Source: Candidatus Omnitrophota bacterium (lineage in GTDB: Bacteria; Omnitrophota; Gorgyraeia; JABMRN01; RBG-13-46-9). From it: DNA of 64,000 nucleotides. The DNA lies in contig JABMQJ010000020.1 of assembly GCA_013203315.1 (NCBI GenBank), positions 82,289-146,288 of the forward strand, read 5' to 3'. Both the position numbers and the translations under genes were made by a program. Every line of letters begins with the position of its first letter. The first letter of the stretch is position 1. Below are positions 19,978 through 28,149 of this stretch, one piece after another. The notes beneath the pieces are model-generated. The model was not told the origin of the DNA. It did no database searches and saw nothing but the letters and a program-made list of their open reading frames with translations.

Positions 19978-20988
19978 CTAAAACTGCTTTAAAAACCTGA
20001 TATCGTTCTCGAAAAATAGCCTTATATCATCTATGCCGTATTTTAGCATTGCGATTCGCTCCACGCCCATTCCGAAAGCAAGTCCTGTAAACGCGCCGGA
20101 AGGGTAGCCTACGGCTTCGAAAACACGCGGATTCACCATGCCTGCGCCTAAGATCTCGAGCCAGCCCGTATGCGAGCAAACGCGGCAACCTTTACCCCGA
20201 CATATAATACAAGATATGTCCACCTCCGCAGATGGCTCCGTAAACGGGAAAAAGCTTGGTCTGAATCGCGTTTTTGTTTTTTCGCCGAACATACGTTTTG
20301 TAAAAAGATCTAAAAGGCCTTTTAAATCTGAAAATTTAATATCTTTATCCACCATAAGCCCTTCGACTTGATGAAACATAAACGAATGCGATGCGTCAAC
20401 TGCGTCGGGCCTATAAACCCTGCCCGGCATAATTGCCTGGATTGGCGGCTTGGTTTTTTCCATGATTCTTATCTGAACCGTTGATGTGTGACTTCTTAAA
20501 AGCACATCTTCCTTTATATAAAACGTATCGAATGCGTCCCTTGATGGGTGGTCAAGTGGAATATTAAGTGCTTCAAAATTATAAAATTCTTTTTCTATTT
20601 CCGGGCCTTCTACTATTTTAAACCCGAGAGAAATAAATATATCGTTTATTTCATTCAGGGTCTTCGTGATAGGGTGGAGTCGCCCTTCTCTGGGAAGGAT
20701 GCCCGGCATGGTAATGTCTACAAGGCGTTCTTTTACCGACGCACTTAAAGAAAGCTTCTCTTTTTTCTTCTCGAGTTCTTTTTGAATGTGTCCTTTTAAG
20801 AGGTTTAGCTCCTTGCCGATAACAGGCTTGGCCTTACTGTCAAGTGCAGGAAGCTTTCCCATTAATTCGGAAATAATACCTTTTCTGCCGAGATATTTGA
20901 CCCTTACATTTTCCAGTAATTTCGCGTCAGTTACCAGGGCAAGGTCTTTTTCAAACGCATTTCTTGTGTTATTAATTTCGTCTTGCAT
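19978..20988 (-). CDS. pheS: Phenylalanine--tRNA ligase alpha subunit
   Basis: LRSHTS, GRVYR, FHQVEG, FPFTEPS, AFGMGVER. Confidence 0.97.
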   Translation of the reverse strand: MQDEINNTRNAFEKDLALVTDAKLLENVRVKYLGRKGIISELMGKLPALDSKAKPVIGKELNLLKGHIQKELEKKKEKLSLSASVKERLVDITMPGILPREGRLHPITKTLNEINDIFISLGFKIVEGPEIEKEFYNFEALNIPLDHPSRDAFDTFYIKEDVLLRSHTSTVQIRIMEKTKPPIQAIMPGRVYRPDAVDASHSFMFHQVEGLMVDKDIKFSDLKGLLDLFTKRMFGEKTKTRFRPSFFPFTEPSAEVDISCIICRGKGCRVCSHTGWLEILGAGMVNPRVFEAVGYPSGAFTGLAFGMGVERIAMLKYGIDDIRLFFENDIRFLKQF

Positions 20989-21668
20989 TACTGTTTCTTT
21001 TTTAGCTTTTCTATATTTTCATTCGGTCCCAAAACTACGAGGATATCACCCTTTTTTATGGTGTCTTCGGCTTTTGGGGATACGTTTACAATTTCCTCTT
21101 CGCTTTTCTTGGATGCGGAAGGGATTTTTCTTTTTACCGCGATCACATTTACCCCGAACCTGGCGCGGACATCTATTTCCCTTAAAGATTTACCTATGAA
21201 ATCTTTCGGCGTGACGAGCTCTACAATGCTCGATTCGTCGGAAAGCTCCAGATGTTCAATGACGCTGGTGGAAATAAGGCTATTGGCGACGCGGGCGCCT
21301 ATTTCTTTTTCCGGCTGAATAACTTTTGATGCCCCGATTTTTTCCAATACCTTCTTGTGGTCCTCGCTTATGGCCTTGCATACGACTTCTTTTATGCCGA
21401 TTTCTTTCAGGTTAAGTGTGATCAGTATGCTTGCCTCGAGATTCGTACCCACGCCGACAATGGCTACGTCTACATTATCTATGCCGACGCTTCTTAGCGC
21501 TTTTTCGTCGGTCGCGTCCAGACAAACTGCCTGCGTTACTTCATCGGAAATATCCTGAGTTATGTGCTCACCTACGTCTATTGCAAGAACCTGATGCCCT
21601 TTTTCGGAAAGCGTTTTTGCCACGCTTCGGCCGAATCTGCCTAAGCCTATAACAGCGAATTGTCTCAT
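20988..21668 (-). CDS. ktrA: Ktr/Trk K+ uptake regulatory subunit (RCK_N + RCK_C)
   Basis: IGLGRFG nucleotide-binding motif; single RCK pair of 226 aa. Confidence 0.9.
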   Translation of the reverse strand: MRQFAVIGLGRFGRSVAKTLSEKGHQVLAIDVGEHITQDISDEVTQAVCLDATDEKALRSVGIDNVDVAIVGVGTNLEASILITLNLKEIGIKEVVCKAISEDHKKVLEKIGASKVIQPEKEIGARVANSLISTSVIEHLELSDESSIVELVTPKDFIGKSLREIDVRARFGVNVIAVKRKIPSASKKSEEEIVNVSPKAEDTIKKGDILVVLGPNENIEKLKKKQ

Positions 21669-21682
21669 TTTTACCCCCTTAT

Positions 21683-23032
21683 TTATCCGATCATAATTTT
21701 TTCTTCGGGATAGGCGTAGGCTACTCTTTCGCGCTGAAGCGCTATCGCCAGTGCTAAAGTTAAAGGCCCTATCCTTCCCGCAAACATCGTAAGTATTATA
21801 ATTAATTTTCCGGCCGCGCTTAGCGTAGGCGTGATCCCTGTCGAAAGCCCGACGGTTCCAAATGCGGATGTCACTTCGAATAGTATGCGTAAAAAGAAAT
21901 TATCGAATAATGCGGAATTTTTGCATTCTGTAAGTGCCAATAAAAATACGGCACCAAAAATCCACAAGAACGCCAGGAATACAACAACCAAAGATTTGCG
22001 TACAACTTCTTTTGGGATGGTTTTTTTGAATATCGACACCCTGTCTCTGTTTTTTATCATCGAAAATGCCGTGGCAAGAAGCACACCGAATGTGCATGTT
22101 TTAATGCCGCCCCCCGTCGAACCGGGCGAGGCTCCTATAAACATTAAGAATACGAAAAAGAATAAAGTGGGTACCGCGAGGCTGCCTATGTTAAGCGTGT
22201 TGAACCCGGCCGTCCTTGTCGTAACCGACTGAAAAAATGAACCCAGTATTTTTTCTTTCATGGAAAGGCCCGCCATCGTATTGTTGCTTTCGGTAAAGAA
22301 AAATAAAAGCGCGCCGAGCAAGATAAGGCCGAATGTAATTGTAATAGCGACTTTTGTCTGAATGCTTACGCGGTAGAATGGTTTTTTTTCGGTCAGGCGC
22401 GGTAATTCCAAAATAACTATGAATCCGATACCCCCGATTACTATGAGAGAAATCATAATTAGGTTTATGTAGGTATCTCCCGCGAACGCGGTAAAGCTTT
22501 TGGAGAATAACGAAAAACCGGCATTACAAAAGGCGCTTATAGCGTGAAATACGGAATTTATTAAAAGGCTTCCCATGGACCAATCCATGGTCTTGCTCCA
22601 GCGCAAGGCGAGGCAAATCGCTCCCAGGAATTCTATACCGAGAGTAATCAAAAGGATGTATTTTAGAAGGGAGGATAAGTTTTGCACCTTATTAGGCGCC
22701 ATTGTCCTCTGGATAACAACGTCGTGTTTTATCGTAAGTTTTCTGCCAAGTAGGACGGCAAAAAGCGTTGAGAATGTCATGATACCGAGCCCGCCCATCT
22801 GCACGAGGACAAGTATGACAGCTTTTCCGAAACCGGAAAAATAGGTCCCTGTATCTCTTACGATAAGCCCTGTCACGCAAGTCGCGCTCGTAGCTGTAAA
22901 GAGGCTGTCGATCAAAGAAAGCGACTTGCCGCTTTTGGAGGCGAACGGCATACTTAAAAGTACGGCGCCTATAAGTATCGCCACCAAAAAGCTAATAGCT
23001 ACGATTTGCGGCGGGTTCAGCTTTTTTAGCAT
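21683..23032 (-). CDS. ktrB: Ktr/Trk K+ uptake membrane subunit
   Basis: Four pore loops: SATCVTGL, SAFCNAGF, TTRTAGF, SAFGTVGL; MFIGASPGSTGGGIK. Confidence 0.92.
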   Translation of the reverse strand: MLKKLNPPQIVAISFLVAILIGAVLLSMPFASKSGKSLSLIDSLFTATSATCVTGLIVRDTGTYFSGFGKAVILVLVQMGGLGIMTFSTLFAVLLGRKLTIKHDVVIQRTMAPNKVQNLSSLLKYILLITLGIEFLGAICLALRWSKTMDWSMGSLLINSVFHAISAFCNAGFSLFSKSFTAFAGDTYINLIMISLIVIGGIGFIVILELPRLTEKKPFYRVSIQTKVAITITFGLILLGALLFFFTESNNTMAGLSMKEKILGSFFQSVTTRTAGFNTLNIGSLAVPTLFFFVFLMFIGASPGSTGGGIKTCTFGVLLATAFSMIKNRDRVSIFKKTIPKEVVRKSLVVVFLAFLWIFGAVFLLALTECKNSALFDNFFLRILFEVTSAFGTVGLSTGITPTLSAAGKLIIILTMFAGRIGPLTLALAIALQRERVAYAYPEEKIMIG

Positions 23033-23385
23033 TATTTTTTTGTTTTTGCAAGTTCCGTAAGTTTACTGAATGCTTTTTTATCGTTCATGGCTAAGTCTGC
23101 CAGAATTTTTCGATTTAGCGTGATTTTTGCTTTTTTAAGCCCATTCATGAATTTGCTGTAAGAAAGACCGTCCGCCTTGCAACCGGCATTTATTCTCACA
23201 ATCCATAGATTCCTGAAAAGACGCTTCTTCTGCTTTCTGTCCCGGTAGCTGTAATACATGCCTTTTTGGACGGACTCCTTGGCTGTTCTGTAGAGCTTGG
23301 ACCTTCCGCCAAATTGGCCTTTTGCTTTTTTTAAAACCTTTTTTCTTCTTTTTTTGCTCGCAACTTTGAATTTTACCTTAGTCAT
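23032..23385 (-). CDS. rplT: 50S ribosomal protein L20
   Basis: YSYRDRKQKKRLFRNLWIVRINA, LNRKILADLA. Confidence 0.97.
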   Translation of the reverse strand: MTKVKFKVASKKRRKKVLKKAKGQFGGRSKLYRTAKESVQKGMYYSYRDRKQKKRLFRNLWIVRINAGCKADGLSYSKFMNGLKKAKITLNRKILADLAMNDKKAFSKLTELAKTKK

Positions 23386-23393
23386 CTCGCCTC

Positions 23394-23591
23394 CTACCCA
23401 TATGGCATAAGTCTTTTAATCATTCTTGCTTCGCCCTTTGACACGATCCCCGATCTTCTCAGGGCCCTTTTACGCTTTCTTGATTTTCCCGTCAGCAAAT
23501 GGCCCTTGCAAGACCTTGACCTTTTAACCTTCCCTCTTCCGGTAAGTTTAAAACGTTTTTTTACTGATTTTTTTGTTTTTAATTTAGGCAT
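23394..23591 (-). CDS. rpmI: 50S ribosomal protein L35
   Basis: MPKLKTKKSVKKRFKLTG; infC-rpmI-rplT order. Confidence 0.97.
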   Translation of the reverse strand: MPKLKTKKSVKKRFKLTGRGKVKRSRSCKGHLLTGKSRKRKRALRRSGIVSKGEARMIKRLMPYG

Positions 23592-23682
23592 TTTTTACTC
23601 CCTGCCTGCTGGTCGGCAGGCTTTTTTATCGTTACACCTCCCGGACACTAGTGCCCGGGTGGCTATCTAATGGTTGACCCTA

Positions 23683-24192
23683 TTATTTTTTCGATCCGAA
23701 CGCCATTGTCATCACGCGGCCGTCAAGATATGGGCGTTTTTCCGCTTCGCCGAAGTCGGCTGCGTCTTTTATAAGCCGATTCAGGATATTTCTTCCCAGG
23801 TCGACGTGCTGCATTTGTCTTCCCCGAAAACGCATAGTAATTTTTACCTTGTCGCCCCTCTTTAAAAAGCGTTCCAATTGATGGAACTTCACCTGGTAAT
23901 CATGCTCTTCGATCTTGGGACCGATTTTCAGTTCCTTAAAGTGCGTTACGTGCTGCTTCTTCTTGGCTTCCCTTTCCCGTTTTTCCTGTTCATATTTAAA
24001 TTTGGGATAATCCATGATTCTGCAAACAGGCGGGGTCACGGTGGGCGCCACTTCTACTAAATCAAACCCGGATTCCTGGGCTATCTTCATGGCATCTCTT
24101 GTGTCCACTACGCCGTATTGCTTTCCGTCTTCGCCGATAAGCCGCACGCTTTGCGCTCTTATGAACCTGTTTACTCTGATAAACTTCTTCGT
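23683..24192 (-). CDS. infC: Translation initiation factor IF-3 (proposed ACG start)
   Basis: DLVEVAP...PPVCRIMDY, GDKVKITMRFRGR. The frame extends upstream through KKFIRVNRFIRAQSVRLI to ACG at 24192, 6 nt after AGGAGG. Confidence 0.93.
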   Translation of the reverse strand, partial: TKKFIRVNRFIRAQSVRLIGEDGKQYGVVDTRDAMKIAQESGFDLVEVAPTVTPPVCRIMDYPKFKYEQEKREREAKKKQHVTHFKELKIGPKIEEHDYQVKFHQLERFLKRGDKVKITMRFRGRQMQHVDLGRNILNRLIKDAADFGEAEKRPYLDGRVMTMAFGSKK

Positions 24193-24209
24193 AAAAAACC
24201 TCCTTTTTG

Positions 24210-25928
24210 TTACGTTTTTTTATTCTTTATTTCTTCTTCGATTATACTTAAAAATTTCTCCACCGGCATTTCGCCGATATTGCCCTTGGATTTAGAGCGC
24301 AGTGATACTTTATCGTCTTTTGCTTCTCTTTCGCCTACTATGGCAAGATACGGGATTTTTTCTAATTCGCGTTCCCGTATTTTTTTCTGCATTTTTTCGT
24401 CACGGGTATCCGTTATCGCGCGCATATCTTTCTCTGCCATGAGCCTTGTGAGATTTTCGGCGTAATCATTTTGTTTGCTTGTAATCGGAATTACCGCGAC
24501 CTGCACGGGTGCCAACCAAAGCGGAAAATTACCCGCGTAGTGCTCTATAAGCGCTCCGAGAAATCTTTCCATGCTTCCTAAGATAACCCTGTGGAGCATT
24601 ATCGGTTTTTCTTCTTTTCCGTCTTTTGAGGTATATTTTAGCTTAAACCTTTCCGGAAGCGCGAAATCACATTGAATCGTGGCGCATTGCCACTCGCGTC
24701 CGAGGGCGTCTTTTAGCTTTATATCTATCTTCGGGCCGTAAAAAGCGCCTTCTCCTTCGTTTATTTCAAATGGAATTTTTTTGTTCTTCAGTGTATTTTT
24801 TAGAGCCTCTGTCGCTTCTTTCCATTCTTCGTCTGCACCTATTGACTCCTTAGGCCTTGTGCTAAGTTCTACCGTATATTTATCAAATCCAAAAACTTTA
24901 AGCGTTTCCTTAACAAAATCTATAATACCTACGACTTCTTCTTCTATTTGTTCTTTAAGGCAAAATATATGCGCGTCGTCCTGCGTAAACCCCCTAACCC
25001 TGAGAAGTCCGTGCAAGACTCCGGATTTTTCGTGTCTGTAGACCGAGCCAAGCTCAAAAAGCCGGAAGGGCAGATCTCTGTAGCTTCTTTTATGAGATTT
25101 GTAAACCAAAATGTGGCCCGGGCAATTCATTGGTTTTACGGCAAATTCCTTGTTTTCTATTTTGAAAATATACATGTTTTCCTTGTAGTATTCGTAATGG
25201 CCCGATTGAACCCATATATCACTTTTTAAAATATGAGGGCTTATGACCGGTTGATACCCGCGCTTTATGTGTTCGCGCTTTATGTAGTCTTCGATGATTG
25301 TCCGTAAAATGGCTCCCTTAGGATGGTACAGAACCAGCCCTGCCCCCATTTCCGCATTAAAACTGAAAAGATCTAATTTCTTTCCGAGGATACGGTGATC
25401 CCGTTTTTTCGCTTCTTCTATTATTTTTAGAAACTTATCAAGTTCCGGTTTGTTTTCGAAAGCGGTTCCATAAATTCTCTGGAGCATTGGGTTTGTCTCG
25501 ATGCCGCGCCAGTAAGCCCCGGCTACCGAGAGAAGCTTGAAAACCTTAACATCGCCTGTGCGCGCGACATGGGGCCCTTTACATAAATCTACGAAATTTC
25601 CGTGCCTGTAAACAGAAACAGAGACGCCTTTTAGGCCTTCGATTAATTCAAGTTTATATTTTTCCCCGAGTTTAGTGAAAAGACTTTTGGCTTCTTTCTT
25701 CGGGATTTCTTGGCGTGCGAATTCGGAATTTTCTTTGACGATTTTTTTCATTTCCTGTTCAATTTTGGCAAGGTCCTCCGGCTTGATCGGCTCATCTATG
25801 TCAAAGTCATAGTAGAACCCGTCGCTAATAGCGGGGCCTATCCCTAACTTTGCCTTAGGGTAAAGCCTCTTAACCGCTTCAGCCATTATGTGCGATACGC
25901 TATGTCGTAATGCTTCTATTTTATCCAT
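24210..25928 (-). CDS. thrS: Threonine--tRNA ligase (no N-terminal TGS domain)
   Basis: LRHSVSH, DLCKGPH, KPMNCPGH, RVRGFTQDDAH, GAFYGPKID; 572 aa. Confidence 0.97.
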   Translation of the reverse strand: MDKIEALRHSVSHIMAEAVKRLYPKAKLGIGPAISDGFYYDFDIDEPIKPEDLAKIEQEMKKIVKENSEFARQEIPKKEAKSLFTKLGEKYKLELIEGLKGVSVSVYRHGNFVDLCKGPHVARTGDVKVFKLLSVAGAYWRGIETNPMLQRIYGTAFENKPELDKFLKIIEEAKKRDHRILGKKLDLFSFNAEMGAGLVLYHPKGAILRTIIEDYIKREHIKRGYQPVISPHILKSDIWVQSGHYEYYKENMYIFKIENKEFAVKPMNCPGHILVYKSHKRSYRDLPFRLFELGSVYRHEKSGVLHGLLRVRGFTQDDAHIFCLKEQIEEEVVGIIDFVKETLKVFGFDKYTVELSTRPKESIGADEEWKEATEALKNTLKNKKIPFEINEGEGAFYGPKIDIKLKDALGREWQCATIQCDFALPERFKLKYTSKDGKEEKPIMLHRVILGSMERFLGALIEHYAGNFPLWLAPVQVAVIPITSKQNDYAENLTRLMAEKDMRAITDTRDEKMQKKIRERELEKIPYLAIVGEREAKDDKVSLRSKSKGNIGEMPVEKFLSIIEEEIKNKKT

Positions 25929-25944
25929 ATCTCTCGTTTTAAAG

Positions 25945-26030
25945 TGCCGGAGGCCGGACTCGAACCGGCACGGCCCTTACGGACCACAAGATTTTAAGTC
26001 TTGGGCGTCTGCCAATTCCGCCACTCCGGC
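25945..26030 (-). tRNA. tRNA-Leu(TAA)
   Basis: Anticodon arm CAAGA-CT TAA AA-TCTTG, long variable arm, CCA not encoded. Confidence 0.95.
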
Positions 26031-26045
26031 AAAACAAATTGCTCT

Positions 26046-26138
26046 GCAGCAAAGTTAATCTGCCCCTCGGAATCGCAAATCCTCCCATAGGTAGGATTTG
26101 CGATATTCCTCGGGACAAATTTTGCTTCACAAAATCTG
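26046..26138 (-). repeat. Structured palindromic element, copy A (homologous to 63762-63854)
   Basis: Long hairpin CCC-GA-GGAAT-AT-CGCAAATCCT-ACCTATGGG-AGGATTTGCG-ATTCC-GA-GGG preceded by hairpin CAGATTTTGT-GAA-GCAAAATTTG; lies between two tRNA genes. Confidence 0.8.
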
Positions 26139-26213
26139 GTGGGCGCAATAGGAGTCGAACCTATGACCTCCACGATGTCAACGTGGCGCGCTAACCAACT
26201 GCGCCATGCGCCC
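26137..26213 (-). tRNA. tRNA-Val(GAC)
   Basis: Anticodon arm CCACG-TT GAC AT-CGTGG, encoded CCA. Confidence 0.96.
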
Positions 26214-26218
26214 GAAAG

Positions 26219-26289
26219 AGGCGCGAACCGGAATCGCACCGGTGTACAAGGTTTTGCAGACCTCTGCCTAACTACTCGGCCATCGCGCC
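26219..26289 (-). tRNA. tRNA-Cys(GCA)
   Basis: GGCGCGA acceptor, anticodon arm GAGGT-CT GCA AA-ACCTT, U73 discriminator, CCA not encoded. Confidence 0.94.
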
Positions 26290-26299
26290 AGTAACTTTT

Positions 26300-26734
26300 T
26301 TATTCCCAAACAACGTCGCCGCTTATATAAAGAACGTGTTTTCCGTTTTTGTGATTTTCCGTTTTGTCAAAGACGATTGTTTCACCGGACGGCGATGAAA
26401 TCGCATATCCCGTCGTATAGTGATAATCGGGTTCTTCGGCAGTTCCCGCGTGTTGGCCGGACGGGCAGTCCAAAATGCTTTCGTCCTCGACATACCCGCC
26501 CTCCACAAGCTCACCTAGAGCCGATGGAAAGCTTCCTTCGTGTTCGCTGGCGTATAGCTTGAGGCCTAATCCGATTTTTTCGAGATTTTCCTCACAGTTT
26601 ATGATTTTTGCCCGGGCCCTAATTTTCGCGATCACGGGCGTTAATAATGATATAAATATTGCTATGATTATAACAATAAATGCGAGTTCTGTAAGGGTAA
26701 ATCCCTTCTTATGCGCTTTTGAAATCATGAGCAT
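26300..26734 (-). CDS. Prepilin-type N-terminal cleavage protein (DUF1559 / H-X9-DG-like)
   Basis: KKG|FTLTE class III signal, hydrophobic helix, CEENLEKIGLGLKLY, CPS, and C-terminal H-KNGKHVLYI-SG. Confidence 0.8.
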   Translation of the reverse strand: MLMISKAHKKGFTLTELAFIVIIIAIFISLLTPVIAKIRARAKIINCEENLEKIGLGLKLYASEHEGSFPSALGELVEGGYVEDESILDCPSGQHAGTAEEPDYHYTTGYAISSPSGETIVFDKTENHKNGKHVLYISGDVVWE

Positions 26735-26735
26735 A

Positions 26736-27389
26736 TCAATTCGGAGTATAGCACAGCTCTTCTATCGTGTCAAGAATAGCACGTGCTATGCGTGTTTTTG
26801 ATCGTTTCTGTAACTTCTTTCTACGTCCGAGCTTATCTAATAGATATACGGTCTTAGCCCCCTTGCCAAATGGCATGTTTTTACTGTCGGATTTGTTGGC
26901 CACTATTAGGTCAAGGTGTTTTTTTCTTAGCTTAGCGAGCGCATTTGCTAAAAGATTCTCCGTTTCCAGAGAAAAACCGGTTATAATCTTATTTTTTCGT
27001 TCTTTTTTTGTAATAGACTTTAAAATGTCCGGATTTTTGATTAATTTAAGTGCAATTTTAGCTTTTGATTTGATTTTATTCCTTGAAGCTACTGGTGTTC
27101 TAAAATCCGAAACCGCGCTTGACATAATAAGAATGTCAGATTTTTTAAGTTCCGTGTGAACTTTTTTGCACAGTTGGCGCGTGGTTTCTATTTGAATAAA
27201 TTTTATACCGCTTGGGGCTTTAAAAATGCTCGGCCCGCTTATTAAAGTTACCTTATAGCCTCTTTTCCCGGCTTGCCTTGCCAATTCATAACCCATGTAT
27301 CCTGTGGAACGGTTAGATATAAAACGGACGGGATCGATAGGTTCGATAGTGGGGCCTGCTGTTATGAGTATCCGAGGGGATTTTCTCAC
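26736..27389 (-). CDS. coaB: Phosphopantothenate--cysteine ligase
   Basis: LITAGPTIEPIDPVRFISNRSTGYMG, AVSDF, KNPDIL, GFSLETE. Confidence 0.92.
   Translation of the reverse strand: MRKSPRILITAGPTIEPIDPVRFISNRSTGYMGYELARQAGKRGYKVTLISGPSIFKAPSGIKFIQIETTRQLCKKVHTELKKSDILIMSSAVSDFRTPVASRNKIKSKAKIALKLIKNPDILKSITKKERKNKIITGFSLETENLLANALAKLRKKHLDLIVANKSDSKNMPFGKGAKTVYLLDKLGRRKKLQKRSKTRIARAILDTIEELCYTPN
26745..26773 (-). promoter_or_regulatory. Consensus sigma70 promoter inside the 3' end of coaB
   Basis: TTGACA-17 nt-TATACT with a TG extension. Confidence 0.7.
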
Positions 27390-27925
27390 TTTAGGATCTT
27401 GTCTATCTCTTTTATTATCTGGCCAAGATCTGCGAGGTGGCCGATGCCCACGTAGCCGCAGGCGAGGTGGCCGCGTATTGGGTCTACGAATTTATAGCCT
27501 ATTTTTTTGAGCTCCCCAATATTTCTTTGCGTTATTTTGTGTTTATACATATTGTCATTCATGGCGGGAGCGATAAGAATAGGGCTTTCGGAAGAGATAA
27601 CGGTACTCGTAAGAAGGTCGTCGCATATGCCTGATGCAAGGCGCCCGATAATGTTTGCGGTCGCCGGTGAGATCACGATTAAATCAGCTTTCTTGGCCAA
27701 TGAAACATGGACTGCGTTACGTTTTTCGGGCAATTTGAACATGTCTCTATAGGTTTTATTTTCTGATAGTGTCTCAAGCGTAAGTGGCGTTATAAATTCT
27801 TCTGCCGCGCGCGTCATAACACATATAATATTGTGTCCTTTTTTCTTGAGGCGCGACACGAGGTCACATGCTTTATATGCGGCGATGCTGCCGGCGATCC
27901 CTACGATGATAGTCTTCTGTTTCAT
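27386..27925 (-). CDS. coaC: Phosphopantothenoylcysteine decarboxylase
   Basis: GSIAAYKA, HVSLA, PATAN, APAMN, GHLACG...GIGHL; ATGA overlap with coaB. Confidence 0.92.
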   Translation of the reverse strand: MKQKTIIVGIAGSIAAYKACDLVSRLKKKGHNIICVMTRAAEEFITPLTLETLSENKTYRDMFKLPEKRNAVHVSLAKKADLIVISPATANIIGRLASGICDDLLTSTVISSESPILIAPAMNDNMYKHKITQRNIGELKKIGYKFVDPIRGHLACGYVGIGHLADLGQIIKEIDKILK

Positions 27926-27928
27926 GAA

Positions 27929-28129
27929 TTATTTTTTCGTTTTATACTTTATTTTGTTTTCTATTATTTCCTTTAATGCTATGGATGTGAGCTTCGTATT
28001 CGGTTCAGCGTCAACGAGTTTTTCACTGCCGGCGCCTAATTCCAACGCCCTGCGGGCTGCGAGAATTACGAGCTTGTACACGCTTCCTTGTGAAACTTTC
28101 AGTAACTCTTCTATCGGCGTATAACTCAA
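27929..28129 (-). CDS. rpoZ: RNA polymerase omega subunit
   Basis: SVYKLVILAARRALEL...IALKEI; gmk-rpoZ-coaBC synteny. Confidence 0.92.
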   Translation of the reverse strand: MSYTPIEELLKVSQGSVYKLVILAARRALELGAGSEKLVDAEPNTKLTSIALKEIIENKIKYKTKK

Positions 28130-28149
28130 TTCATTCCTCCCTTGTTTTT

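Noticed and set aside
25929-25944. T-box or attenuator before thrS (also checked before pheS, gltX, glnS)
   Set aside because: Spacers are 16 nt or less or the genes overlap; no T-box motif seen.
25939-26239. Two short minus-strand ORFs
   Set aside because: They run through tRNA-Leu, tRNA-Val, tRNA-Cys and the structured element.
26219-26289. tRNA-Cys T-loop reads TGCGATT instead of TTCGA
   Set aside because: All stems and U73 are intact; a tolerated variant, not a pseudogene.
26736-27925. coaBC as a frameshifted pseudogene
   Set aside because: Both halves have complete motifs and a clean ATGA overlap; separate coaC and coaB genes are known.
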